A stretch of 64,000 bases of DNA, taken from NCBI GenBank assembly GCA_973895155.1, contig OZ316894.1:11089792-11153791 (forward strand), given 5' to 3'. This DNA comes from Marsupella aquatica (Eukaryota; Plantae; Marchantiophyta). This document shows positions 27,601-38,652 of this stretch, piece after piece (position 1 is the first letter of the stretch; the number at the start of each line of letters is the position of its first letter). The translations under genes were made by a program, and so were the position numbers. The notes beneath the pieces are model-generated. The model was not told where the DNA came from. It did not search any database and saw nothing but the letters and a program-made list of their open reading frames with translations.

Positions 27601-28563
27601 TACTGTACCCGTGTCAATTATCTAGCAGGGTTGATCATTCCCCATCAAGACACTTCCGGTAGTGGATTCATAGGAATGAAAAAAAGCTCTTGTCGGAGTC
27701 ATGTGATAAGAACAAGCAGAATCCAAAATCCAATCAAGTTCATGCACGATAGAAGAATCGGTGCACAAAGCAAATCCTTCATCATCAGACACAGCCAAAC
27801 TAGCCTGATAAAAAGCAATCTTTGGTTTGTTTTTGCAATTCCTTTTGATGTGGCCTATCTTGCCACAATTCCAATACTCCACACCTTTTGAATCCAAAAT
27901 CTTGGATCGAGAGCGTTGAGGAATTGATATTTTTGGTTTAAATTGACTCTTTGTTACTGATAAAGTAGAAGAGGAAGCATGAGAGGTTACATGCATTTTC
28001 TTCCTACTATCATCCGTAAGAAGAGTGCTCACCGTCTCATCATAGGAAATCTGATCCTTACCATAGAGTATGGTCTGAGTCAAATGCTCGTACGATTTGG
28101 ACAAGGAGATAAGAAGAAACAAAGCTTTCTTCTCGTCTTCAACTTTTTTATCGAGAGTGGCCAACTCGGACACTATCAAGTTAAAGGTATCAATATGATC
28201 GGCAAGTTTTGTACCTTCCATCATGTGCAGTGTCATCAACTTCAAAGTAGTGTATAAGAGAGTTGCCAAGAATTTCTTTTGGTACATCTGTTTGAGTCGT
28301 TCCCACAGCTTTGTCGGTGAATCCTCAGTCAACACTTGGAGTAGAACATCAGATGCCAAGTGCAACCGGATTAAGCTGAGAGCTCGTGCACAGATGTCCT
28401 CCCAATCCTCCTCAAACATTGCCGATGGTTGACTTTTCAATGCTGCGCCCAAACCTTGCGAAACTAACACGTCTTGCATTTGAACTTGCCATAGCGTAAA
28501 ATTATTGTGGCCGGTAAACTTCTCCACCTCATATTTGGCACTAGTAACTTTTGATGGAGCCAT
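24636..28563 (-). pseudogene. Copia-1 gag-pol (Gag, CCHC, protease, GAG-pre-integrase, integrase, RT, RNase H), disrupted by stops and frameshifts
   Basis: EKFTGHNNFTLW; WILDSACSYHMT; LWHARLGHMS; YLRSDNGGEY; TPQQNGV; [12 protein letters not shown]; LYGLKQSPR; LYVDDMLI; GYVDSDYGGD; SSTEAEY; KHIDIRYHFIRE. Confidence 0.95.
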
Positions 28564-29754
28564 TGTACACCCCTAGGACCTTGAAGTGCCAAAAATCACT
28601 TTGCAGCTTCTCAATTTCACGCAAATTTGCACAACAGCACATGGCAGCACGACAACATCAACCACAAAATGACAAAAAATGAAAGTTGCTGAAATTGAAA
28701 TCCAAGAGCACTCCTGGGTACCCTAGAAGGTATCGGATTTTGTCCCAAAATCCGTTTGGCAAAAACATCTCAGTTGAGATATTTTTACCGCCGAGTAAGA
28801 GGGGGTCAAAACATCAAAATTGGACCCCCGAGGAGAATCAATTCACTCAAATCCGCAAGAAAAGTCGGTTTGACAAATAGTTTGCACAAGCCCCTACTCA
28901 ACTCCCTCAAGTATGCCCTTGCAAAATATTGTGTTGATACAACATCGAATGATTTGCCGAAATTTTGATTCCGTCGCAAAAATGAGCTTGCTGGAAAAGT
29001 ATATTTTCCTTAAATTCCTGCAACCCTTGTACAGGCCTTGTGGGAAATTTTTCAGAGCTGCCCAAGGGCTGCCACGTGCCCTCTTGGCCCCCTCGAACCC
29101 CCTATCACCCCCCTTGACCCTTTTTTCGCGTCTGCGCGCCATCCCGGGCGAGTAAATACTCGTGACAGACTTTTCCCCCGGTGGGATATCTAAGATATCT
29201 TTTTGGGGTTTTAACAAAAAGAAAAACTGATTTCAGATTCTGAAACTAGACTTCAAGGCGCTTCAAATCGATATAAAGAACTCTGAAAACGGTGAAGAAT
29301 TGAGGGAGATAGAATTCAATTAAGATCACTGATTTTGACCTAGCCACCATAGCCGGGAATTTCGAGCTCAACTCAATCCAAGAGTTCTTCGTGACAACTC
29401 AATGAAACACATTGATTTCTTCACCACCACATTCCATAGCAACACCACTCGCACCAACTTTCCTTCAACGATCATGAATGTCTTACAAGAAACCAAAATC
29501 ATATCACGGAAGCCACGTTCCCCTCGGTAATCAAGTCGAGACCTCAAAAACCGTCAAAAAACCGTCTTATATAAAGATTAAAATTGCTCAGCCATATGTG
29601 AACAATCTCTCGACTAAACATGCAAGTTTCTACTCCATAAACCTCCTTATCCGATCACCACTTTGTATGTCAACGTTCACACTTCCATCGTGCCCCCAAA
29701 AATTGTCAATCAATCACAATAAACCGTTAAGACATCAGTTGATCCCGAACCGAA

Positions 29755-29766
29755 GCTCTGATACCA
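29755..29766 (-). other. Copia-1 primer-binding site (tRNA-iMet)
   Basis: The minus strand reads TGGTATCAGAGC, 2 nt inside the 5' LTR. Confidence 0.9.
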
Positions 29767-29768
29767 AT

Positions 29769-29867
29769 TGTAGGATCGAAACGGACAGCATGACGTCTCA
29801 TAATCGTCAGTCATAGAACACTCCGGTACACCGACACAAAAATACATGGTTCACCCCATCTGGGCTA
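29769..29867 (-). repeat. Copia-1 5' LTR, PBS-proximal part (remainder at 39240-39471)
   Basis: Matches 24272-24370 up to TGGGCTA, where the nested element begins. Confidence 0.95.
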
Positions 29868-30196
29868 TGTCACACCATTTAGAGTGGTAGTAAAGTATAT
29901 CGTACTATCTAGGTATAGAGGTTTTGTATGTGTGCTACATGAGCACTATGTTTAGTTTGAGTTGGTGTGAGGGATAGTTATCCCCTTGTGTTGGCTCAAA
30001 GGCCTCATCTTTCAATGTTGAGCCTTTGAGCATGAGCTTGGTGGCTATGGTGTAGCTGACCAGGTTGTGTACATGTAACGTGGATTCCTTGAAGCACAAG
30101 GTGCGTTGGGCTTGACATACATGTGTGATCGCGTCGGATGGGATCGTTGTTGGATTAGCATCGATCGTTGTTTGATTTGCACTATTGAAGAAGATT
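29868..30196 (+). repeat. Split direct repeat A1 (329 bp)
   Basis: Near-identical to 38781-39109 (about 8 substitutions counted by eye, mostly transitions). Confidence 0.95.
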
Positions 30197-30698
30197 ACAT
30201 TGAAAGATCAGCTTCGAATTCTGATGTACGGATCGTGCAAACAGAAGTTTGATTTCGTTGAGGTTTAGTTGTTGACGATTCGTGGTATCTCGGATTGGGT
30301 TTTGTTGTTGAACGGATCGCTGGTATCTCGATCTGTTACAAGTTGGTGTTGAGAAAGCTCGAGTGGATGCGGAGCTTTGAGTTGTTGAGTTGCGCGTTTG
30401 GAGTTGCGATTTGCATCGATCGACATTGCAGCATTTTGGAGGACTGAATGTGCGGTTGATGATCGGAAGTTGCCATCGATTGTTATGCGCGGATTGCTAA
30501 GAGTATTCGCTGCGGTTTTGTGAAGGCAAGTTGGTCGGACTTGTGATTGTTTGTGATTCTGGTTGGGGATGGTTCCAATCGGGGGTTGATAGTTGAAGTT
30601 GTATCTTGCGGATTTGAGATTTGTCAAGCTTAATGTTGACGGATAGTGCATTTCTTTGAAGAAAGCGACATTGGATGTTGACGAATTGTGTCCCCTAT

Positions 30699-30744
30699 GG
30701 CGACGTAGCGCACCGCGGAGAGGCGACGTAGTGCACCGCGGAGA
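30699..30744. repeat. 23-bp CpG-rich tandem duplication in the gypsy leader
   Basis: GGCGACGTAG(C/T)GCACCGCGGAGA occurs twice. Confidence 0.85.
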
Positions 30745-30859
30745 GGCGAGGTGCAGCGATGACCTAGGGCACAAGGAAAACGACAAAGTGAGTGAACAGT
30801 GACTTTGTCCGGGAATTGCGACGGGGTTTTCGCAGCAATAGGGTTGTGAAGGTCTTCCA

Positions 30860-31336
30860 CGGAACATTGTTCCGTTGAGAGGGCATATTGGAGATTGGTT
30901 GACTGCGGAACACCGTTCCATCGTGGTAGTTTTGGGAAGATTGGTCTTCCACGGAACACTGTTCTGTTGTGAGTGCATATTGGAGAACGATCGGGTACAG
31001 ATTACCATTTTGTTGTGATAATTTTGGGAAGATTGGTCTTCCACGGAACACTGTTCCGTCGTGGGTGCATATTGAAGATTGGTCTGCCCCATTACACGTC
31101 TCATCTGCGTTGTGAAGAAGGGTTGGTTGCGGAACATTGTCCCGCAACTAGGCAGCTCACGGAACACTGTTCCGCCAATTAGCTTGGCTATTGGTGATGG
31201 AGGGTTGCAGAACATTGTCCCGCAACTAAGCAGTTTACGGAACACCGTTCCGTCAATTGTCTTGGAGATTGGTGGTGGTGCATTACGGAACATCGTTCCG
31301 CGATTGAGTGATGGGTATCCGCGGAACACCGTTTCA
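30860..31336. repeat. Array of ten 15-bp palindromes CGGAAC-NNN-GTTCCG in the gypsy 5' leader
   Basis: Copies start at 30860, 30906, 30952, 31044, 31130, 31160, 31208, 31238, 31286 and 31322. Some carry 1-3 mismatches. Confidence 0.9.
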
Positions 31337-31389
31337 CCAATCGGTTGATTATTGATAGTGGTGAGTTGATGGTGACCATTTAGGGAAAA

Positions 31390-32781
31390 TTGGTCATCAC
31401 GGAGTCCTCTGGTGATACGGGGCTACCCGAGGGACGACGGTCTGGTTTCACTCGAAGTGGAGTGCAATTTTGGCCGACGACATTGTTAGTGGTTACAAGT
31501 GGGGTTTCAGATAGTGATTCTGATGAGGACTTAGTAGCCAGTTCTCCTCAACATCAAGTGACTGTGCCATTGTTGTGGGATATGGAAGAGATGTATGGGG
31601 CCACGAAAGGACCGAGGAGATACTCTGGTGCAGTTGGCACGATTGATTTGGATGATTTCATCCAAGAGTTTGATACGTGGTGTGATATGCAGACAATGCG
31701 TAATGCCACATTGTTCACACCTTTTATGGCTTGGAAAGGGTTGTTTCAGCATTTGGAGGGGCCACCCATCGATGACTACCATGAGTTTTGAAAGGCTCAT
31801 TTAGTGGATATTGAGGCATGGAGACAGCATTGGTCACCAAACTATGTGTCCATCACTTATGGCACAAGTGCGGTTGCCCAACCCATTGCTACAACTGCGG
31901 CTTCTTCTAGCAGCACTAGCTAGAGTGGCACTCCATCAACATCCACCGCTACTCCTACCGGTGTGATTGTGGCTGGGAGTGGAGCTGCGCCAACATTTAA
32001 CCCTGTGATGAAGTTCTTTGAAGTATTGAAGCAGAACTACCAGGGTTTGAGAACCGATAAGTTGAAGGGTCTTCAGGAGTTCCAGCGCAAGACTAGAGAG
32101 AGCCTACGTGAGGCATACACTCGTATGCGAAGGTTGATTATGGTCACACAAGGAGTGACAGAGGCCCAAGCGGTCCAATTTTGGTATGCAATTCTGGATA
32201 GGGAGTTGCATCGTAGAGTGAGAGATGCCACTCTATTGAGGGATTCAGATCCCACATTGGCTATAGTTTTTGCACTTGCTGAGCGCATTGAGCTCAATAT
32301 GGTGAATGAGATGGTGGTGACTTCCAGATTTGGCAAGGAAGCACCAAAGGTTGCATCAACGCCCACACCGCAACCTACTGCACGTAAGAGCCAGAGAGAG
32401 AAGCCTACAACACGGGAATCTACTAGTCAAAGACATGTGCCTTCTTATGCTGGACAACAGTCAGGATGTTGGACTTGTGGTGGGGATCATGCACAAAGAT
32501 ATTGCCCGGATAATAGGGGGCAAGGAGGGGCATCTACACTTGATCAACGATAGTGTGATCATTGTGGAGTTTTTGGACACACCAAAGATAGGTGTTTTGT
32601 ACTTCATCCTGAACTACGACGGGGAGGACCACGTGCGTATGATCAGGGAAGAGGAGGTAGAGGTGGTGGACGTGGTCGAGGCATGCCACATGCAGGAAGA
32701 CAGGGAGGTGATGTTGCTCCTACCATTACCACAGATCCTAAGGATGCAAAGATTGCTCAATTGGAGTAACAACTAGCTGCA
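31390..32781 (+). pseudogene. Gypsy Gag with two zinc knuckles, in-frame stops
   Basis: LDDFIQEFDTW; FQRKTRESLREAYTRMRRL; CWTCGGDHAQRYC and CDHCGVFGHTKDRC. ORFs starting at 31390, 31963 and 32782 share one frame. Confidence 0.8.
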
Positions 32782-33459
32782 ATGGCTAGTTCTCAAGTTA
32801 GACCTACTGCTAGTGATGGAGCTTCTACATCCTATGGAGCTTCAACCTCTTATGGAGCTGATGAAGATCTTGCCACCATGGGATTTATGTGTGGCACTGC
32901 GCATGTGAATGCATCAGCAGCTTTAACTCGAGGAGCAGCAAAAGCCCTTGAGCCTAGAGGAGCAGTGGTAGAGTTGGATCCTCAGAGAGGGGATATTCGT
33001 CATCAAACGAAGCTTCCCCAATCGTTTACATTGTTAGAGGTAGTTCAAACTACCTCTATGAATCCGGTTCGGACTAACCCAGGTGGGGGTAAGTTGGCGG
33101 ATTCAAGTGATGTTGTGACAGGGATGACAAGTACCATGTTGGGGGCGGCCACTACTATACTGCGCATGCCATTATTTTCAGCTACGGATATGTTAACATT
33201 GGGAGTTAGTCCAGCAGAGGTGTTCAGATTGGCGGCCACATTATGCGAGGACACTCCAGCTGTTGCTTCGCGTGCAGAAGCAACGCCCAATTCTGAAGCA
33301 GTGGAGTTGAATCCACCTATTGCCAGTAATGAAACATGGCATGCAGCAGCGGCAAGGTTGATAGATTTACCAGCGCGCCCTGCTTATGAGAGGACTAGGT
33401 TTAAACCTAGCGTCATATCATTGGATAATCGGAGTGGTATCTTCCGATTAGTTGGGCCT

Positions 33460-33810
33460 TCTGGAGCAATATACCAGCCAGAGCGAGTGTTACTAGATAT
33501 TGGTGCTCAGCCCTTGATGTTGGGTAAGTCTGCAATAAGAGGATTAGGATTGCGTCCTGATGATTTGGAGTGTCCCTTTCCCATTCAGACTTCATTGGGA
33601 GGACCTACACCCACACAGCATATCACTCGACAAGCACTTGAACTTAGGATTCAGGAGGATCATTCAAAGGATAACTCACGGATCCAAGCTCGAGCTATTT
33701 TGACTAAGGCTGAGTCATATGATGTCTTGGTGGGATATACAGTTCTCTATCCTATGGGATTTGTTCTTGATTTTTGGAATGAATCGGTGTCATATCGATC
33801 CGATTGGCAA
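33460..33810 (+). pseudogene. Gypsy aspartic protease domain
   Basis: VLLDIGAQPLMLG (a D[ST]GA variant) at ~33487 and C-terminal YDVLVGYTVL. Confidence 0.75.
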
Positions 33811-34200
33811 TCTGGAGATGCTCGATTGAGCCAATTGCCAGTGCGATTTAGTGGACCTATTGGAGGCCCCAAATTTGCACCATTATCTTTGGCAGCATTT
33901 AGTAGTTTGATTACTGGAGTTGATGATTTGATTGAGGGTAACGCACATGCAGCAAATGTTCCTATGGTGGAGGAGACACATGAGGAACACTTGATGCATG
34001 GATTGCCCATTGATAGTGTTGTGACACCAGTATGGGGTACTGGACAGGCCTTGCCACAAAGTGCGCCCCGATTGATACATGATGCATGGCGTCATACTTT
34101 TACACCGCAATCAGGAGCAGAGCAGTCAACTGCAAATGGACCGGTGACTCTTTCACCACTGGATACTACTCCTATTGCATGGCAATATCCACATGAGGGT

Positions 34201-35160
34201 ATTTGTTTGTTGGATTTATTTGGTGGAATTAGCACTGGATTGGCTGCCATTCTTCAAGCCGGCATTCCTGTGCGCCGTTATTTGTATGTGGAGACTGATG
34301 AGACAGCACGTAGAGTCTCATTACGTCATGTGGCATTGTTGGTCAAACGTTACCCACAATTGTTGCCCGTGGATGCCGTTCGTGGTTATCAACATGCATT
34401 GCCAGCTGATATTTCATTGTTGGGGGCGGATCATCTGGATCGCGTTGGCCCCATTGATTTGGTGATTGCGGGTTGGCCATGTCAGGGTCAATCTAGAGCT
34501 GGAGTTGGACATGGACTTCATGATCCAAGATCTGCATTGTTTTGGGAGATGTTACGGGTGTTGCATCATCTTCAGTTGCATCAGACACATTCCCTTGCCT
34601 ACATTTTGGAGAATGTGCCATTATTGGGTGATGATCGTCATTGACTTGTTGCCAGCGTTCATCAGGTTACTTAAGTTTTGGATTGGACCTGCTGTGTTAT
34701 TGGATGCTGCACGTGTGGGTTCTCGTGCACATCGTCCACGCTTGTGGTGGACTAATTTGTTACCTTGTGAGGTGTTGAAGCGAGCATTTGATAGCATTCC
34801 TCACTCAGCAACCTTGGTGGTGGATGATATTTTGGATCCAGGGCGTCGTGCACAAGGTGTGATCCAGCCTGACAGACCTCCATTGGCAGTGGTCAATGTA
34901 GTTGGTCGCCCACGTTGTGCATTACCCACTTTTGTGAGTCATTCTGCTTCATATGCATTCAGAATAGGTGGGCCTGGACTTGTCTGGGATACAACTCTAC
35001 AGCAGTTAGTGGAACCTACTGCTGATGAAAGAGAGCGTGCTATGGGATTTTTGACTGGCACTACTGCGGTTGCCTCTGTGTCAGAGAGTTCATGCCGCCA
35101 AGTCCTTGGTCAAGCCATGGATTTGAATTGCTTGACTTGGATTATCAGCTTGGGATTAGC
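34201..35160 (+). pseudogene. DNMT3-like C5 cytosine DNA methyltransferase domain embedded in the gypsy polyprotein (one stop and one 4-bp insertion)
   Basis: Motif I LLDLFGGISTG; II YVETDE; IV DLVIAGWPCQG (34471-34485); VI YILENV (34609-34617); VIII LDAARVGSRAHRPRLWWTNL; IX-X ERERAMGF...RQVLGQAM. The order is colinear with DNMT3 catalytic domains. Confidence 0.93.
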
Positions 35161-35499
35161 TGAACAATTGCGGATGCGCTCTTTTGGTGTTACTGATCGT
35201 CCATTGGTGAGCTTGCGGTCTACTAAGACAGTAACGACCACAGTTGGGGGTGAGCAGACAGTCCATGGACCTATGGCAGGATTGGCCAAGGTAGGACAGA
35301 TTGTTGAGCAGGTTGGGACTGCTCAAATTGTTGCTAAATAGCAACCACCGACTATCTCTTCAACCCCAAAGGAAGACATCACAGCTTTGATGGAGAGTTG
35401 GGAGCCACAAATTGGCCCTAAGTTGACAGGGGATGAGAGACGTCGAATGCATCAATTCTTGAAGAGTTACTGGAATTGTTTTGCATTTAGCATGAAGGA

Positions 35500-36835
35500 T
35501 TTGGGAACATTGAAGGGCCCTGGTATTCAGATTGAATTGGCTAGTGATGCGCCAATCTTTTGACGACCATATCGATATAGTGATATGGAGAGGGCATTGA
35601 TCCGGAGTAGAACTTAGGATTTGTTGGAAGCTGGTTTGGTGGAGATTTCATACGGAGAGTATGCATCTGCCACAGTGATGCCAGCCAAGAAGGATGTGCA
35701 TGGCAATTACACGGATAGGCGAATGTGCGGTGATTATCGACCTATTAATCGTCAGACAAAATCTGATCGATATGCCATGCCCACACCGGAGGAGATCTTT
35801 GATGCAGTGGGGCATGCAAGGATTTTTAGGTCGTTGGATCTCAGGGCGGGGTACCATCAGTTGCCAATTAGGCATTCTGACAAGTCCAAGACAACATTCT
35901 AGGGGATTGATTCTTATGGCAAAGATCGTTTGTATCAGTGGTTGTTCTTACCATTTGGGTTGAAGAATGCACCAGCTGAGTTCCAGAGAGTCATGGATCG
36001 AATCCTTGCAGGTTTGGATTTTGTCAGATGTTATATTGATGATATTTTGGTTTATTCTTCTACTGTGGAAGAACATCAGAGACATTTGCAAATTGTGTTT
36101 GAGAGATTGAGGGAACATGGATTGAAGCTCCATCCCGGCAAGTGTAAGTTCTTTCAAGAGAAGATTGAGTATTTGGGCCACACTATCTACCTAGGAGGAT
36201 TGGGTGTGCAACAGACTAAGGTGGAGGCCATTACATAGATTCCTCGTCCTACTAATGTGAGCAGAGTTCGTGCATTCTTGGGATTGGCGAGCTACTATAG
36301 GAGGTATGTTAAAGGATTTAGCCAGCTTGCTAAACCTTTAACTATACTCACTAAGTTGGATCAGGAGTGGATTTGGGGAGACGACCAGGAGCATGCTTTC
36401 CAAGAGTTGAAGGAAAGACTGGCGTCAACACCTATTTTGAGAAGACCCATTTCAGGGTGACCATTTCAGCTTCACACTGATTGGAGTGGAGTAGGACTTG
36501 GAGCAGTGTTGACTCAGAAGGATGATGAGGGGAATGAGTTTGTTGTGGCGTATGCCAGTAGATCCAACAATTCAGCAGAGGCTAAGTATAGCTCTTATGA
36601 GGGAGAGTGTTTGGCAGCAGTGTGGGCTGTGGCACATTTCCGTTGCTATTTGTTTGGTAATTTGTTCACCTTGATCACTGATCATCAACCTCTCAAGTGG
36701 TTAATGGAGTCTGACAAGCTTAGAGGGAAGCTTGCACGATGGGCATTGTTGTTGCAGGAGTATGATTTTCAGGTTGTGCATAGACCTGGAAAAGTGAATT
36801 TGGATGCGGATGGGTTGAGCCGCAATCCATGTACC
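35500..36835 (+). pseudogene. Gypsy reverse transcriptase and RNase H
   Basis: RMCGDYRPIN; LDLRAGYHQL; PFGLKNAPAEFQR; YIDDILVYS; FLGLASYYRRYV; VAYASR; YSSYEGECLAAVWAV; TDHQPLKWL; ADGLSR. Confidence 0.95.
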
Positions 36836-37209
36836 AGTCAAGAGGATGAGACTGGAGCTCGATGGCATGATGAGACAGATAAGGAGATGGTGTCAGGATG
36901 GCATGCATCTGCTTTCCTTTGTTGGGTGCCAGCATGCAGTGGATCCGTACACTTTACTTCATTGGATGGAGTAGATGATGAGTCTTCAGATATGGATGTT
37001 GGTGATGTAGTTTTTGGACAGCAAGATATTCACAACGATGTGAGAGTGTTGGAATATTTGCATGGTGGCTCCATTGGTGGCAATGTTGATGCTAAGGAGC
37101 GTGATAGGGTTCTACAACAAGCCAAGAGATTTCAATGGCAAGGAAACCATCTTTTGAGGGTACTACGTGATGGGAAGGTGTTGGTTGTACCAAAACCGTC
37201 ACAACGAGT

Positions 37210-38310
37210 ACATTTGGTGCGACATGCGCACGAAGAGTTAGGGCACTTTGGTGTAAAGCGCACTTATAGCTTGCTGCAGACACAGTATTGGTGGCGTGGT
37301 ATGCACACTGATGTCCAACAATTGATAGCTAAGTGTGTGGTTTGTGATCGAGTGCGAGCATCGTTCAATGCTAGATCTCCCCAGTTGCATCCGCTACCGA
37401 TCATGGGTTTGGGATATCGATGGAGTTTGGACTTTGTTGGTCCATTGCCTCTTATCCAACGTCACAATCGGTATGTTTTGGTTATGGTGGAGCACTTCTC
37501 CAAATGGATTGAACTAGTGGCATTGCCAGATAAAGCTAGTGGAGGAGTGGCTACCATATTTTTGGATCGAGTACTCAATCACTTTGGAGCACCAGCTGAG
37601 GTGTTGACTGATTAGGGCACGGAATTCCGTGGAGATTTTGAGGGTTTGTGTGAGCAAGCTCTGATTGATCATCGTACTACTTCTCGCGATCATCTTGAGG
37701 CAGATGGATTGGCAGAGAGAGTTGTACAAACTGTGAAGAGAGGATTGCGTAAGTATGGCTTGCAGGTTAGTCATTTGGGAGACTGGGATCTTCAACTACC
37801 TTGGTTAGCTATGGGCTACCGTTTTAGTAGACAAGCATCACTTGCATCCTTTTCACCTTATTTCTTGCTCTATGGTAGAGAACCAGATTTGCCAGCGGCT
37901 ATTCGTCGTGATGTTGAAACTGTTGTGGATTTGGATGATCCAGATGTTTGGGTCAAGGTTTGTTCAGACAGGGCACGAGTTTTTGAGAGAGTCATGCCCA
38001 TGGCCTTTGACAACCTTGCTATTGCCCAACATCGTGATACTTTGCGGTATGCTACTATTCGTGGAGGAGGTTATCGCACGAGGATTAGAAGATTTTATCC
38101 TGGCGATTATGTTTATTTGCAGCAGACAGCACCAACGACGCTTGATGTGACCGCAGGGCGGACAATCTTACGTGTGCGTGAAGTGTTGCCTTCTGGAGTC
38201 CTTATATTGGAAGGACGTGATGGTATGGTTTGGAAGGATCATGTGCGTAATTGTGCGCCATGTCATCTTCCAAACATTGATGGTACTGTGGATCCAAGCT
38301 TGGCACATGT
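37210..38310 (+). pseudogene. Gypsy DDE integrase (HHCC zinc finger plus catalytic core)
   Basis: HAHEELGHFG...YWWRGM...CVVCDR; WSLDFVGPLP; VLTD*GTEF; ADGLAERVVQTVK; SPYFLLYGREP. Confidence 0.95.
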
Positions 38311-38325
38311 TCGTGCTGGCTTGAA

Positions 38326-38467
38326 GTGTATATTGTGTGGGTCTGCTCAAGGAGCAGCTACTATGTTGATTTGTGATCGGTGTTCTAGAGGATGGCACAT
38401 GTCGTGTTTGACACCACCCTTGCACATGATTCCTAGTGGATCATGGTTGTGTCCTCAATGTCGGTGA
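38326..38467 (+). CDS. C-terminal PHD finger of the integrase (C4HC3)
   Basis: CILCGSAQGAATMLICDRCSRGWHMSCLTPPLHMIPSGSWLCPQC lies in frame at the end of ORF 37646-38467. Confidence 0.92.
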
Positions 38468-38652
38468 TGCCGACTAGTTATCATTCGTGTTCTCATGGAA
38501 GATATAGATTGCAGGTAGGTGATCGATGGGGCTCACTTGCACCCGGCCTCCTGATCTTCACACCTAAAAAGGTGTATATCAACCTTGTAGAACTCATGGC
38601 TAGCTAGAGTTAGGGGACCTCACTTCCAGCTAGGGGGGCGATTGTGGGTTTT

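Noticed and set aside
30265-31329. 354-aa antisense ORF in the gypsy leader
   Set aside because: The translation is dominated by the palindrome array (GTMFR/GTVFR repeats) and has no recognisable domain. It is probably a by-product of the repeats, though not excluded without sister copies.
30860-31336. CRISPR-like appearance (palindromic repeats with spacers)
   Set aside because: The repeats are only 15 bp, spacers are irregular and similar to each other, there are no cas genes, and the context is a eukaryotic retrotransposon leader.
34201-35160. Bacterial restriction-modification methylase or contamination
   Set aside because: The domain is in frame with Gag-protease upstream and RT downstream, has DNMT3-type signatures, shares the element's decay pattern, and lies within TSD-bounded termini.
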